Positions 47,712 through 61,499 of a DNA stretch of 64,000 nt are shown one piece after another. Positions within the stretch are counted from its first letter, which is position 1. Every line of letters begins with the position of its first letter. The DNA comes from Convolutriloba macropyga. Its lineage: Eukaryota. The notes beneath the pieces are model-generated. The model had not been told where the DNA came from and searched no databases. It saw only the letters and a program-made list of their open reading frames with translations. Both the position numbers and the translations under genes were made by a program. The stretch is taken from the NCBI RefSeq assembly GCF_964194025.1, contig NC_134472.1:22878001-22942000 (forward strand). The letters run 5' to 3'.

Positions 47712-49187
47712 TGCCACGATCTGATGGAGGAGCACGTAGCTGTATTGTACAGAAATCAGAAACCAATCAGATTTATCCAACTGAAAGACTATTACACACT
47801 ACTGAATGACCTATTAAATGCTGTGCGGTTGCTTTTTGCGCCATCTATTCTCGACCGGGCATGGAAAAATTCCGAAGTTTCGTATTTGTTCATGCCAGGA
47901 TTTGTAGCTATGCCTTCTGTTACCTCACGCACGTCGAACACATTGGACGGAGTTTTGAAAAATAAGAAAGATTTCACAATTGTTCTGAACTCAAACAATC
48001 GAGCCTTGATCAACGATTTTATATCCGTGAAAAATCTGATCGATCGATGTCGAAAACATTATAAAAAGTTGTATTGCGTTTCTGCAATTCACAATTTTGA
48101 CGTACAGTTTGAAAGAAATTCGTCTGTTGAAAATAGATACTGTCAGCTTTGCTCCAAACATTCCAATATCTCTAAAGTTTTATCTCTGTTAGATAGCGAA
48201 TCCTCTGATTATAATAGTTACATTTTGATGACTTTACAGAAATCTTTCCAAAAATTTTGTTATTCTTCGTTGGAAAGTTTAATCTCAGGAAGTGAAATAA
48301 TTTCAGATGACTTCAATTATCAATTAAGCTTATCAAAATTGAAAACAGCGTTGCTGCATTCAAACACAGATTCAGTTGTCTTTGACCAGGCAATATTAAT
48401 TTCACGTTGCAACCATAATAGGTCAATGAACTTGGCAATTGCATCTCAATTACATACCTGCAATCCGATTTACGAAAGCTGTAATCTTGGAGAATTCTCA
48501 TATCTTGTAATTTACGACAGGTTAAGAAATAACAGAGTGTTCAATTATTCAGTTAACACTATTTCTGATATTATTTTAGTAATCACTGATTTAGTTAAAC
48601 AGTCGTACAACCTTTTGACTACAAACTTCTCTCAATTTTTAAGACCGCCGTCGCATTTTTTACACAAAAGAATGGGCGTCGCTGTTTTACCCCACGCACA
48701 ACGAAAAAGTTATGAATACATTAGCAAGCTAGAATATGGAGACGTTAACACGGCCGATAACAAAGGTGGTACTTTAGCCAAATTATCACCGTATTGTCGC
48801 TCTGACGATATTTGGTCCGGAAACAATACAAATAATTGTCTGGTGTTACATTACAACAGCTGGTGTGGTTTTTGCCAAACAGTTTTACACGTCTTTCACA
48901 CCGTGGGAAGTATAATGACGTCGTCATTTCCAAATGTGACTGATTTCGTCAAGGTTAATTCTGGTTTGGAACCCGTGCCGACGATACACCGCGTGAACAA
49001 GTTCCCAACAATAGTGTTTTACCCTGCGGCCGAATTTAACCAGAAAGAGTTTATTCTTGATGACGAGGGAAAAGTTATCCAAAGGGTAAATAGAGTGAAA
49101 AATTTCACGTATACGTATCCAGAAGATATCGCGATTACAGTGCCTAATTTGTATGGGTTTGTCAGGTTGCATTCTGGCGTTTATTGA
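47712..49187 (+). CDS. TXNDC11: TXNDC11 last exon with the WCGFC thioredoxin domain
   Basis: LHYNSWCGFC, FPTIVFYP and YPEDIAITVPNLYGFVRLHS match the TXNDC11 C-terminal Trx region; TTTTCAG acceptor at 47711. Confidence 0.9.
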   Translation, partial: CHDLMEEHVAVLYRNQKPIRFIQLKDYYTLLNDLLNAVRLLFAPSILDRAWKNSEVSYLFMPGFVAMPSVTSRTSNTLDGVLKNKKDFTIVLNSNNRALINDFISVKNLIDRCRKHYKKLYCVSAIHNFDVQFERNSSVENRYCQLCSKHSNISKVLSLLDSESSDYNSYILMTLQKSFQKFCYSSLESLISGSEIISDDFNYQLSLSKLKTALLHSNTDSVVFDQAILISRCNHNRSMNLAIASQLHTCNPIYESCNLGEFSYLVIYDRLRNNRVFNYSVNTISDIILVITDLVKQSYNLLTTNFSQFLRPPSHFLHKRMGVAVLPHAQRKSYEYISKLEYGDVNTADNKGGTLAKLSPYCRSDDIWSGNNTNNCLVLHYNSWCGFCQTVLHVFHTVGSIMTSSFPNVTDFVKVNSGLEPVPTIHRVNKFPTIVFYPAAEFNQKEFILDDEGKVIQRVNRVKNFTYTYPEDIAITVPNLYGFVRLHSGVY

Positions 49188-52100
49188 AGAACTCTTGCGA
49201 AATTTTCTTTAAATTGAGTAACAGTGGCTACTTGAATACATGTGAAAATCTGATTTGAGCATTAAATTGATGAGAGTTATTTAGGGTCCTTATTGGTGAG
49301 TTGTATTATTTTAATCAGTGGTTGTCTTTGACTCTGTTGATATAGCCTTCTGATTTTGCTTTGTTCTTGATGTTTTTAAGTTGTATTTACTATACAGGAA
49401 GTTATAATTAAATTATTCAAAATCGCTTGTCTTAACTATTGCCTGAAATGTGGAACTTTCAAATTTTTTAATTGCTCTCGAACGAAGTTTGAAGCAATTA
49501 TTGTTAACATGTTGGTCTTTTTATCCAAAATTTTTGCTTGACCGTTTGTTCTAGAACATTCTGTGATTTCTTAAGTGAGTTTTTCAAGCTTCGCTTCTTC
49601 GTTTTGAGTGATTTCAATTGCTTTCATTCTGAAATGAAATTTGTTGCTAATATAAATGTGAATTTTAGCGGCTGAGTAGCACCAAAAAATTTTAAGCTGC
49701 ACCCTAAGTTAAGTTGCTCCCAGCCCGTCGTTCGAGAGCATTTCATCCGACGTTAGTTGGTTTATGTTATTTTTGCTCAAACATTTAAATATACCAAGCA
49801 ACTGGTCTTGTTGTGAACTGCGCTCTTCATTTTATGCAATTAAAATACGAATGATCTTTTCGATTCACTTTTTGGCGTTTAATGTTGCGTTATCTAACAT
49901 TCAGATTTTTGAGATCTGAACTCATTTTCTGCCGAAAGACAAATAAGACTGTAAATTACTTGTTTAATTGCTCTCAAACAAAGTTTGACAGAATTGCTGC
50001 ATTATGTAGTTTTTTAAAAAAATTCTCCTCTGTGAGTTAACTTTCCATCGAGTCTGTTGTTTGAGAAATTTGTTTGACGGTAGTCGGTTTTTATGTTTTT
50101 CGCTGTGCACAGGTCTTAATTTTCTCGCTTGACTTTGACTTAAAATCACTGTTGCAATTGAATGAAAGTCATTGAACCTATTTACGTAATATAGTGAATG
50201 AGTTCAAAGTAAAAATACCAAAATCATAATAAAGTCAGCAAGCGAGAACATAATTAAGTCAGGTTGAAGGCCAGAAGAGCAAATGCAAGTTCATTAGTAT
50301 CGAAGTTGTAATCCTTCAATTTAGGAGCTGAATTCTGAATAATTGTGAAATCTAACTAAAACTGCTCTTTAAATTAGGAAATTATAAGGCTGTCAGTTTG
50401 TCTCTTTTTTTCTTTTCATTTTTCTATCCTCATAGATGTCACGGGCAGTCATTAGTGGGTGTTTCCCAACAGCCTACCGGCTATTTATTCAAGTTGTAGT
50501 TCTCGATCAAAAAGCTCGAGATATTATTCGTGACGTTACTGCCTTTCGCATGACAGCAGGCTTTAATCACAGTCTCAGCTCATTTAGTTTTAATTTGTTT
50601 GCGGTTTAAGAATCAAACCATGTAGTCTGTGTTACGGTTTATGATTCGAACGCGTTTTTCTATTTGCTTTTTGTTGATTTCCTCCAGACAATCGGTGCGT
50701 TTTGTATTTCCGAGATAATGAAAAATTACTTCGAAAACCATTGCTTCAAATTTTGTTTCAGTCAGAGGGAAGGAGAAGAGGTCGCTAAAGAAAATAGATT
50801 CTAAATTCAAAAGCTGATAAACTAAAATTAACAAAAAAAACAATCACTAAAAATGATTGATGAACTATGACAAATTTTTCGTATAAAAGTTCCTCAATAA
50901 ATACTTTCTTTCAAATCAATAACAAATGAAATTAAACATATCCACATTGTTTAATTTTTGTTAGCTGAGTTTGAGAGAAAGCCAATGAAATATTACGGCT
51001 ATATTAAAAAGCATGTTAGTCATGCGTTCATGATATCTACAGGCGAAGGACTTTTATAAAAACTGATCAATAATGGATTAAAATTGATGAGGTTAACTGG
51101 ATAGAAATTAAAGTTATGGAATTATCTAAACTAAGTAAGGTTAAGAAATAACAGAGTGTTCAATTATTCAGTTAACACTATTTCTGATATTATTTTAGTA
51201 ATCACTGATTTAGTTAAACAGTCGTACAACCTTTTGACTACAAACTTCTCTCAATTTTTAAGACCGCCGTCGCTTTTTTTACACAAAAGAATGGGCGTCG
51301 CTGTTTTACCCCACGCACAACGAAAAAGTTATGAATACATTAGCAAGCTAGAATATGGAGACGTTAACACGGCCGATAACAAAGGTGGTACTTTAGCCAA
51401 ATTATCACCGTATTGTCGCTCTGACGATATTTGGTCCGGAAACAATACAAATAATTGTCTTGTGTTACATTACAACAGCTGGTGTGGTTTTTGCCAAACA
51501 GTTTTGCACGTCTTTCACACCGTGGGAAGTATAATGACGTCGTCATTTCCAAATGTGACTGATTTCGTCAAGGTTAATTCTGGTTTGGAACTCGTGCCGA
51601 CGATACACCGCGTGAACAAATTCCCAATAAAAGTGTTTTACCCTGCGGCCGAATTTAACCAGAAAGAGTTTATTCTTTATGACGAGGGAAAAGTTATCCA
51701 AAGGGTAAATAGAGTGAAAAATTTCACGTATAAGTATCCAGAAGATATCGCGATTACAGTGCCTAATTTGTATGGGTTTGTCAGGTTGCATTCTGGCGTT
51801 TATTGAAGAACTCTTGCGAAATTTTCTTTAAATTGAGTAACAGTGGCTACTTGAATACATGTGAAAATCTGATTTGAGCATTAAATTGATGAGAGTTATT
51901 TAGGGTCCTTATTGGTGAGTTGTATTATTTTAATCAGTGGTTGTCTTTGACTCTGTTGATATAGCCTTCTGATTTTGCTTTGTTCTTGATGTTTTTAAGT
52001 TGTATTTACTATACAGGAAGTTATAATTAAATTATTCAAAATCGCTTGTCTTAACTATTGCCTGAAATGTGGAACTTTCAAATTTTTTAATTGCTCTCGA

Positions 52101-53760
52101 ACGAAGTTTGAAGCAATTATTGTTAACATGTTGGTCTTTTTATCCAAAATTTTTGCTTGACCGTTTGTTCTAGAACATTCTGTGATTTCTTAAGTGAGTT
52201 TTTCAAGCTTCGCTTCTTCGTTTTGAGTGATTTCAATTGCTTTCATTCTGAAATGAAATTTGTTGCTAATATAAATGTGAATTTTAGCGGCTGAGTAGCA
52301 CCAAAAATTTTTAAGCTGCACCCTAAGTTAAGTTGCTCCCAGCCCGTCGTTCGAGAGCATTTCATCCGACGTTAGTTGGTTTATGTTATTTTTGCTCAAA
52401 CATTTAAATATACCAAGCAACTGGTCTTGTTGTGAACTGCGCTCTTCATTTTATGCAATTAAAATACGAATGATCTTTTCGATTCACTTTTTGGCGTTTA
52501 ATGTTGCGTTATCTAACATTCAGATTTTTGAGATCTGAACTCATTTTCTGCCGAAAGACAAATAAGACTGTAAATTACTTGTTTAATTGCTCTCAAACAA
52601 AGTTTGACGGAATTGCTGCATTATGTAGTTTTTTAAAAAATTTCTCCTCCTCTGTGAGTTAACTTTCCATCGAGTCTGTTGTTCGAGAAATTTGTTTGAC
52701 GGTAGTCGGTTTTTATGTTTTTCGCTGTGTACAGGTCTTAATTTTCTCGCTTGACTTTGACTTAAAATCACTGTTTCAATTGAATGAAAGTCATTGAACC
52801 TATTTACGTAATATAGTGAATGAGTTCAAAGTAAAAATACCAAAATCATAATAAAGTTAGCAAGCGAGAACATAATTAAGTCAGGTTGAAGGCCAGAAGA
52901 GCAAATGCAAGTTCATTAGTATCGAAGTTGTAATCCTTCAATTTAGGAGCTGAATTCTGAATAATTGTGAAATCTAACTAAAACTGCTCTTTAAATTAGG
53001 AAATTATAAGGCTGTCAGTTTGTCTCTTTTTTTCTTTTCATTTTTCTATCCTCATAGATGTCACGGGCAGTCATTAGTGGGTGTTTCCCAACAGCCTACC
53101 GGCTATTTATTCAAGTTGTAGTTCTCGATCAAAAAGCTCGAGATATTATTCGTGACGTTACTGCCTTTCGCATGACAGCAGGCTTTAATCACAGTCTCAG
53201 CTCATTTAGTTTTAATTTGTTTGCGGTTTAAGAATCAAACCATGTAGTCTGTGTTACGGTTTATGATTCGAACGCGTTTGTCTATTTGCTTTTTGTTGAT
53301 TTCCTCCAGACAATCGGTGCGTTTTGTATTTCCGAGATAATGAAAAATTACTTCGAAAACCATTGCTTCAAATTTTGTTTCAGTCAGAGGGAAGGAAAAG
53401 AGGTCGCTAAAGAAAATAGATTCTAAATTCAAAAGCTGATAAACTAAAATTAACAAAAAAAAACAATCACTGAAAATGATTGATGAACTATGACAAATTT
53501 TTCGTATAAAAGTCCCTCAGTAAATACTTTCTTTCAAATCAATAACAAATGAAATTAATTATATCCACATTGTTTAGTTTTTGTTAGCTGAGTTTGAGAG
53601 AAAGCCAATGAAATATTACGGCTATATAAAAAAGCATGTTAGTCATGCGTTCATGATATCTACAGGTGAAGGACTTTTATCAAACTGATCAATGATGGAT
53701 TAAAATTGACGAGTTTAACTGAATAGAAACTAAAGTTATGGAATTATCTAAACCAAGTAA
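48519..53760 (+). repeat. Tandem duplication, ~2.62 kb x2 (48519-51138 and 51139-53760)
   Basis: Near-identical copies at an offset of about 2619, covering the 3' half of the TXNDC11 last exon, the 3' UTR and downstream DNA. Confidence 0.95.
51139..51806 (+). pseudogene. TXNDC11: Duplicated partial TXNDC11 last exon (Trx domain only)
   Basis: Open frame with 6 amino-acid changes versus the first copy; starts in mid-exon. Confidence 0.8.
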
Positions 53761-54883
53761 AGCGGAGCAAAATTATTCAATAACGTAAACGGTGAAGAGA
53801 TGACATACTTATTCTGATGATCTTATTCACTATTGTATCAAAATGACTTAGGTTCAAAATAAATAACCCATTCAAAACGTAATCACTAGATTGTGTTTCT
53901 CATATGATCGCCCCGAGTTGAGCGAAAAAAGGTGAGCCAATAAGTTGAGCCAATAAAAGGTGGAATATGAACGAACACATTGAAATGAGACTCCGCTAAA
54001 GTCCATGCAATGATGATGATCTAAATGTGTATCAATTATTCGGTCCATGTTGAGCTTTTAAATGGGTTCATTGCTTAATCGTTTTGGTAATCTAAATTGC
54101 TCTTATTTAGAGTTTAAGCGGCTTCATTTATTCGCCGGAGTTAAAACAAAATCGAAAGAGCAGAAATTGAATTGGTTTCCTTTTTAATTTGAAATTCTGT
54201 TGGACGAAGTCAACAGTTGAATGTAGGGTGCTCACAGCTGTTTTGGAGCACATCTAGCTTTCTGGGTTCTGACCTTTTTTTACTACCTGGTATGTATCTT
54301 TGTTTCTGTTAACTACTGTTTGGTTCCGAGTATGGGAATAGAGTCAATCTTTGTTCCACGTGATAGAGTGGAATAGCAAATCATAGACCCGAATGAATAA
54401 TGACAGGAATAGGGCGTTGTTTTTTTCGGAGATATTTGATCTAAGTTTGTCATTCTTATTTCATTTCGTTATGGAAAACGGGCGCTTGCTAATTTAAGAG
54501 CCTTTCACATAAAGAAAGAAAGAATTAATTTCTCCAATGAAAAAATATACAAATTACTGCAAATTACTGCAAAATACAAATATATTGTATTGGGGGAGGG
54601 GGGAGGGGGAGGGGGAGGGGGGGGGGGAGCAGACGACGGGGCTATAGACACCCACTTTTCAGTCTACTCCAGAGCTGAGTATAAATAAAACAATAATTAC
54701 TATAATTCGAAAAGAAGAAATTATACAAATTAACACTGTTTGAGAGATAGGCAATGTGACAAAAATTAAAAATCAAATAGAAATCGTGCATCTTAACCAT
54801 GAACCGTGATGAAAAAATGATTAAAGCTATAAGAGGAGGGGCGCAAGCAGGAATGTTAGGAAAATGATGCTTTCAGGTGTGAA

Positions 54884-55047
54884 ATGTTTTCGATAGGACG
54901 TGTGGTGTCAACTATATGTCGGAGGGCAGCAACACCTTCGTCCTCATCCTCCATTTTAGCCCAATCAGTAGTGTCCACTCCGTCTGTTGTAGCTGTGCGT
55001 GGGATGGGTGGGGGTGGCCAATCTAGATTCCTCATTAGACTCACAAG
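54884..55047 (+). CDS. NDUFB5: NDUFB5 first coding exon; full join 54884-55047,55325-55422,60912-60973,61393-61499,62099-62291 (207 aa)
   Basis: Mitochondrial presequence-like MFSIGRVVSTICRRAA...VRGMGGGGQSRFLIRLTR; phase 2 donor. Confidence 0.8.
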
Positions 55048-55324
55048 GTTCTAAATTTCTTGTAGATGAAACGAAAAATCTTAGATTCATGTATGCCTTG
55101 CCTTCTTTGCTGGACTGTTGCTTGCTCGTGGGACAACAAATTTAATCAACAAGAAACAACAGCTTTTATATTCTACCGACCTCTTCCTGTTTTCTGAATT
55201 AATTTGACTTTCTGCAACGAATAAGCGTTCAATTACATAAATTTCTCCAAATGCATAGTTGTCGGGGAACCGGAAATGTATGGAAGCTTATGTAAACTTT
55301 GCTTGACTTTTTCATGTTATTCAG

Positions 55325-55422
55325 ACATCAGAGGACGAAGTTCATGCGAAGTGCATTCTTCTACATCTCTTTACCAGGACTGCCAATTTTGTATGCTGTC
55401 TACTACGGTGTCACCAGGCCAG
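55325..55422 (+). CDS. NDUFB5: NDUFB5 exon 2 (TM helix)
   Basis: KFMRSAFFYISLPGLPIL resembles NDUFB5 RFLKLLRFYIALTGIPV; canonical splice sites. Confidence 0.82.
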
Positions 55423-58114
55423 GTCAGAATAAAACACTACTTATAATAACAAATCAGCATTTTCAAGCTTGCGGGAATCAACAGAATTCATTTCAGACAA
55501 ATGTGGAAAATTGTTGGAAGAAACAGATAAATATTAAAAAAAAATCAAGTTACTCTAAATTCAGTATATTTCACGGGCGATTCTGAATGAAAACCAATTA
55601 TTGTTTGTAAAGGGGAAAACATAAAACCTGCTCTACGCTACTCGTATCTTGGTGTACAAATTTGTTCAATTCAACATTTGAAGTTCACGTGAATTCAGTT
55701 TAACCAAAATGGCCACAAAAGTTTACCGACAAATTAACTGCGGTATAAAAGACTTGTTATTAATTGCCTTGAACGGCGTTAGAAGAAATTAGTGTAGCCA
55801 TGTGTGTCTTTAAAATATGTGAAGCTCTTTAAGCTTTAACTGTACGGACCACCGAAACTGCTGAGGAAGAAGAGAATCATCATGGTTTTGCCTATCCCCA
55901 AACCTCAATTGCCTGTCCCCGAACTTCCTCTTAACCAGTGTAGCTGAATTTAGCTTAATTTAGTTAAAGCCAAGGCTGATCCCTAGCCTGTCGCGATAGC
56001 GCGCCAATCGATTTGTTTTTCTCCAAAGTTTGATGACCCTCGATCTGGTTACAAAAGCTCGCATCGTGCCAGCTGAATCTAATATCTAACAAAAATGCTC
56101 GTTAATGTGCGTTCGCACACGATGTTCCGACCCGACATCATGAACATTTTTGAGTTAATTGTCAACCAAATGAATAGATAATCAAAAATCGATGTTTGAG
56201 TATAAAAAAATCGTTACACAACCAAACTACTAGTTGGATTACATAATGCAATGCCTCTTTACAGCGCTCAAGAGAGCTGCCATTTAAAAGACAACAAAAA
56301 ACAACAACATAAGCAAAAACAAGAATTTCATGGCAAAAACTCAGTGTTCAAATTTAATTGCAGCTAGTAACAACGTCAAAATGCAATAGGATAAAACCTT
56401 AACTACACAAATTTCCTTGTTCTTAACATCAAAGCAGATGAGAATTCTCATTAATGAGACTAGGTAACAAGTCGGCAAAAGTGAGAGATTATGAGGCGAA
56501 ATTCAAAAATCAGTCAACTTTTTTTAAACCGAAAAATTTCAAAAGTTTTAAAAATCATTACCTTTTAAAGAAATAATTAATAAAAGTTACTAAGAAACCA
56601 ATGGGACCTGTCGTTGGTTATAAAAAACCATAGAAACGGACCAAAGAAGCAGAAAATAAAAAAATAAAAAATACAAACAATTTGCGAAAACACAAATTAT
56701 TGAAGCAATTTAAGTCATTAGCTATTATCTGAATATTATGTATTTTTATTTCAAATGCTAGTTAAGCAAATTATGCTAAAGTTTTTGAAAGAATAAATAA
56801 ATTCCTTTTGGGCTACATTTGAAAGTCATCTCATGTTCGAAAAGAACAACAAAAACTGAAAAGTTTAAAAAATCTGAAAACGAATATCATGAACTAAAAG
56901 ACTTTTCGCTCTAAACTGACTGCATTGAGTAAAATGATTCATTCAATCCTCAGTTAGAAGTTTATGTGAAAATGAAATTTTCAGTGAAAACTTTTTTAAA
57001 CAGCAATGGGATTCTTCTTTTTGTATAAAAATGACTCCAAAATTAGCAAATTTGAACAAATATATTAAAACCACGAAATTTTTGAGAAAACTCGTAGTAT
57101 CAGCGCGATTAAATTCAAAAGCTTTCAACGGAAGTCAATAAAAACACTAAGTTATGCCTAGATGGGAAGACAAGGTTGTTGTTATAGATTTGTCTTCAAA
57201 AAGACATCACAATAGTTCTTATGACTATGAAAACGACAACAAATATAGGCAAAATTTAAAAAAGTTCAGGAGAAAAGTGCGAGAAGAAAGTGTCGAAACC
57301 ATTTAAACCATAAGTTTTTTCTGAAAACTTTTTCTACGATCCGTTGAAAGTGTTCTTGAAGCCAGTGAGAACTAAAATTACGAAAAAAATATCAAAATTT
57401 AAAAAAATATGAAAATATGGTGGCATCGAAATTATAAAACCAATAGTTAGCAGATAAAACCGCTAACCGGATTATTTTGGTTGCATTAGAAACGATGAGG
57501 ACCATGTCATTACTGATACTAACCTAGAGCTCACAAAAATAGGTTTAAGATCGGTTATTGTTCAAAAAAATTTTCGAGAATTGATTTTTCAGGATTTAAT
57601 AGCCATTAGCTTTCCACTCAAAGCACCTAATGCTCAGTTGGAAGCCTGTTATACTTTTCTTTAACGATTCTATGCCCGACCTCCAAAATTTGAAAATGAA
57701 ATTCAAAGTTTCTTTTAAAATTAAACGAGTCGCAGCCAAAAAAACTTTAGTGGGTCCTTGAAAACGAGTTTTTTGTTCATTAGGAATCATTTGAGTGTAA
57801 ATAAGACTTGTCATTAACGGAACCTTGATATGAAGTGACACTTCTCGAAGTGACTAGAAAAACAATATAAAATATGAGAAGTTTTCTAAAAAAAAAGCCC
57901 TCGAACTGAATTAGAATTTTTTTGAAAGTAAACTTCCCTATGAGACCAGAACTAGCCTTTTTATCGCCCTTCGTCTTCTGTCAGGACAAAATTGTCTCAT
58001 TTTGGAGCGTGAAATGTAGTTTTGTATTAATTTTTTTGTGGAAAAATCTGAATTGGAACAAAAATTACGCTAAAAGTGAACAAAATCATACCAAATATCC
58101 AGTGTTCACACAAA

Positions 58115-58310
58115 ACTTTAAACCTCGATAATTCCTCGAAAGATAAGAAATTAAAGAAATATTTTTATTCCATATTCTACTTTGGACGAGTTTTTTAATG
58201 ATACCATTCACATCTCTACGATGAATATATCGATCGGCCAGAATTGTCTGAACAAAAAAACCCATTTTAGTATGTAGTTCCTCCCGATACAAGTGGGGTG
58301 GGAACAATAA
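58115..58310 (-). repeat. Inverted diverged copy of the repeat end at 43055-43255
   Basis: Shared GGAGGAACTA.ATACT.AAATGGGTTTT...GCCGATCGATATATTCATCGTAGA...TTATCGAGGTTTAAA. Confidence 0.8.
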
Positions 58311-60911
58311 AAATGCAGACATGCAGGTCTTGGTGAGCATGCGAAAGTTTTAGGATTATTGCTAACAAATTTAAGCAGAACATAACAAAACAGCTTGTAA
58401 TTTAAAATAAAAACGGAAGCAAATCTGATTGTTGAAAACATTGAGAAGTGCTGCAAATAGCCTCTTTGATCAGAGTTCTGAAAGGTAAAATATGTTCTAA
58501 GAAGTGCTGGAATGACTTGCTCATTATGCAACATATAAAAAGATCAATTAACAGACTATTTATATTTATATTTTTGGAGCATTTATATTTTATATTTATA
58601 CGCCAACAGTTGATGAATATTTAGCCTAACGGGTGGTTATATATTTGAACTACCATGCTACCTCCTCAAAATATCATAATAACAATGTGACTAAAGTGGA
58701 TATATATTGGACTACTTCTTTTTGGCGTAGAATTTTTTTATGGATTGGAACGAGGCCAAAGACCATGTAAAACCATAAAAGCGTAAGCAAATAATAGTCC
58801 AAGGAACTAAATTTATTCATCCATGAGAAAAAGATTTAAAGGACGAAAGCTGAAATTGTTCTAATGTGAATAAAAAATAGGGTTCCTACGGTTTGGTTGT
58901 TTACATCGACAGAAGTTATGTTTTAAGAGGAAGTGAAAAAGGAACTTAAGATGGCTTGTGGCTCAATAGCATATATTCAGTTAGAAGCTGTATAACCAAA
59001 AGCACGATCAGAAAGATGCTGAATGTTTTTCAGCACTCTAACCATTCTAGAAAGAAATGGCCAAAATTTTAAGATCTGGAACGCAATTTAAACTGGGCAG
59101 TTGGGCTTGCTTTTTTTAAAAAAAAAGGTACTACCTAACTCAAAACGAACTGAAAATTGTACCAGTTGCCTATTTGTATCAAAATGACGCCTATCATGTT
59201 TCTGGAGTACAAAACGCCATACCTGCAGCAGACACAATAAACGGCCCTCCCCTCCAAAAATGGGAAATTGTGCTCCAAAAATGGGAAAATTAGAAAACAA
59301 TATGTTACTTGAACGAATCACCATTATCCGTAAATGCTGAAAAAAAAATTCGGGAAATTCTTACGATCAAAAGATTTGGATTGTATAGGGGCAGTGATTT
59401 TCTGAAAATTTCTTCACACAGTTTTCGACCTTGTGATGTCAATGAGAAGTCAAAAGCGGTAGTGATTTAATGATATCTGTCTTGATAAAGTATATGGGAA
59501 TTTTTTGACTTTTGCTTATATTTGCTCATCTTATTGTTGTGTTACCGCGTAGTCTCATTGATGATTTGATTGACCGCGTAGTCTCATTGACCGCATCGTC
59601 TCACGAGTTTTGTTTCGTCTTGTCCTATCGCTAAGTCTCAAAAATGATAGGCCACACTGGCTTTTAATTGAGAGACAAAAAATTAAATATGGTTTCCAGT
59701 TGGTAGTTACTAATTTCTGACTTTGTCGCTATGTGCTCTCATAAAATAGTATTGAATTTCTTAGTTTCGCCCGTTTTATTGTTGTATCATCACTTAGTCG
59801 CAAGAACGACATGTCCCATTGGGTTTTGAATGAGGTATGGGTAAACCCGGTTAATAGCTAATGGTTTTTCATCTTTTACAATGTTTTCGTCATTAATTAA
59901 TAAGTTGTTCATGCCTTCTTGGCATTTGGTCTCTTTAAGGATAGGCGACTTGAGTTTTTTTTAATAAGGAATTAAAAACCTATTTATTTTGATCAGTTTT
60001 AATTAATTTTTTGACTTTGGCACTGTGTTTAAAAACGTTGCTTTTTTCTTATTTGATGTGATTGTTCTGTTTTCGTATTGTTTGTTTGTTGTCTTGTGAT
60101 TTAGTCTCAAAAATAAAGGATTTCACCAGCATTCCACTGCATCAAATTTTATCCATTCAATTTTTTTGTTTGCTTTTAATAATTTTCATGAGACAGTATC
60201 TTTTCGAACAGTTGCTGTTTTTTTAAGAAAATCGTTCGTTTGTAAGTTTTATTGTCAATCTGTCCCTTAGTGTAATTAATGAAAGAATTTGTGCCTTTTG
60301 ACTTTAAATCAAAAAATGTGTTAAAGTTTTCTGTATATAAACGTGTTTAGATGATTTTGACGTCAAAAATGGAAAAGTTTTCTTTCTGAAAATTGTTTTT
60401 TTGCTATTTTGTTTTCTTTTATGTTTGCTTTGTTGGCAATCAAAGGCTAGTTGTTTTTAAAAAATCTGTTTTGTCAGGTTATTATTGTTTTCATTTTTTT
60501 GGATTGTAGTTCAGGACCTGTCCAGTTATGTTTTTTTCTTTATCTTAGTTTTCAAAAGGGATTCGTTTACTCTTATAGTAATCTGAGTAGAAACTCATGA
60601 AAGCATCTTCGTTTTAGCTTCCTTTTTGATTTGGATTTCTGCCATTTATATTTTTCCATTTACGTACGCGCTATTCAATAAACTAGCTCTTGATAATTAT
60701 AATTGGTTTGTTTACACTGCCTTAATTTTGATGTTCCGGATATATGATGTTGGAATATCAGTGTTCCTTCTCTAAAATGCAAAAATATCAAGAACGAGTT
60801 TTACCCGGAACTTTTACATTTTATGTAGAATGATTTGGATGGATTAGCTGATTGCTGGATAGCTGTTAGTTTTTAAGCTTTTAATTTTGGTCTTTTTATG
60901 ATGTGTTTAAG

Positions 60912-60973
60912 GATACGCAGTACTGAGGGACATCCCAGAAGGATACGAGCCAGAATACCACGAATACTTTCAC
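60912..60973 (+). CDS. NDUFB5: NDUFB5 exon 3
   Basis: GYAVLRDIPEGYEPEYHEYFH matches the NDUFB5 signature G.A.L..IPEGY.PE..EY. Confidence 0.92.
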
Positions 60974-61392
60974 GTACGTTTTTTAATATTCGCGTTTGAG
61001 AAAGAAATATTTAAGGAAGTTCAAAAAGAAGTTAGAATGCTTAGTTTTAATTTTGTTGGTTTTCGAAGTGTTTGTTGCAAGTGATCGCGCGAGCATGAAA
61101 TGAGATAAGACTTAAGCCATTAAATGGAGGTCCTCGCAAAAATAAAATCCTCCTCATTCTGGTACATTTGTGCAAATTGGGGCTGTAAGTCTTAGTCATG
61201 ATTTGGGACAAAAAAGACTTGCGGATATGAAACTGCGTTAAAATGGTCCCAAGGGAAGTTTGTTTGAACAAAATGTTATATAGGGTGAAACTATGTTCGG
61301 AAGTAGGAGCTCGTTACTTTTAAAGAGAGGCTGTCGGATTTATAACTGCAGTTTTATTGATCAAAGTATTTATTTGTGCCTTTTCATTTTAG

Positions 61393-61499
61393 CACCCAGT
61401 GACTCGATTTCTGGCCAAAACCTTTTCCAGTCATCCTCAAAGGTATTACGAGAAGGAGCTGGGAAAAATTGAGAAGACCAGACAGACTGTCTTGCAACG
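61393..61499 (+). CDS. NDUFB5: NDUFB5 exon 4
   Basis: HPVTRFLAKTFSSHPQRYYEKEL matches the HPI.R..A......P...YE pattern; TTTTAG / GTGAGC boundaries. Confidence 0.9.

Noticed and set aside
54856-55044. Minus-strand ORF (62 aa), and likewise 61384-61665 and 62037-62297
   Set aside because: They are antisense to well-supported NDUFB5 exons.
43055-58310. A 15-kb composite transposon bounded by inverted repeats and capturing the TXNDC11 last exon
   Set aside because: The two ends are clearly diverged, also share internal similarity (44300 vs 57290), and no TSD was seen; two independent copies in opposite orientation is simpler.
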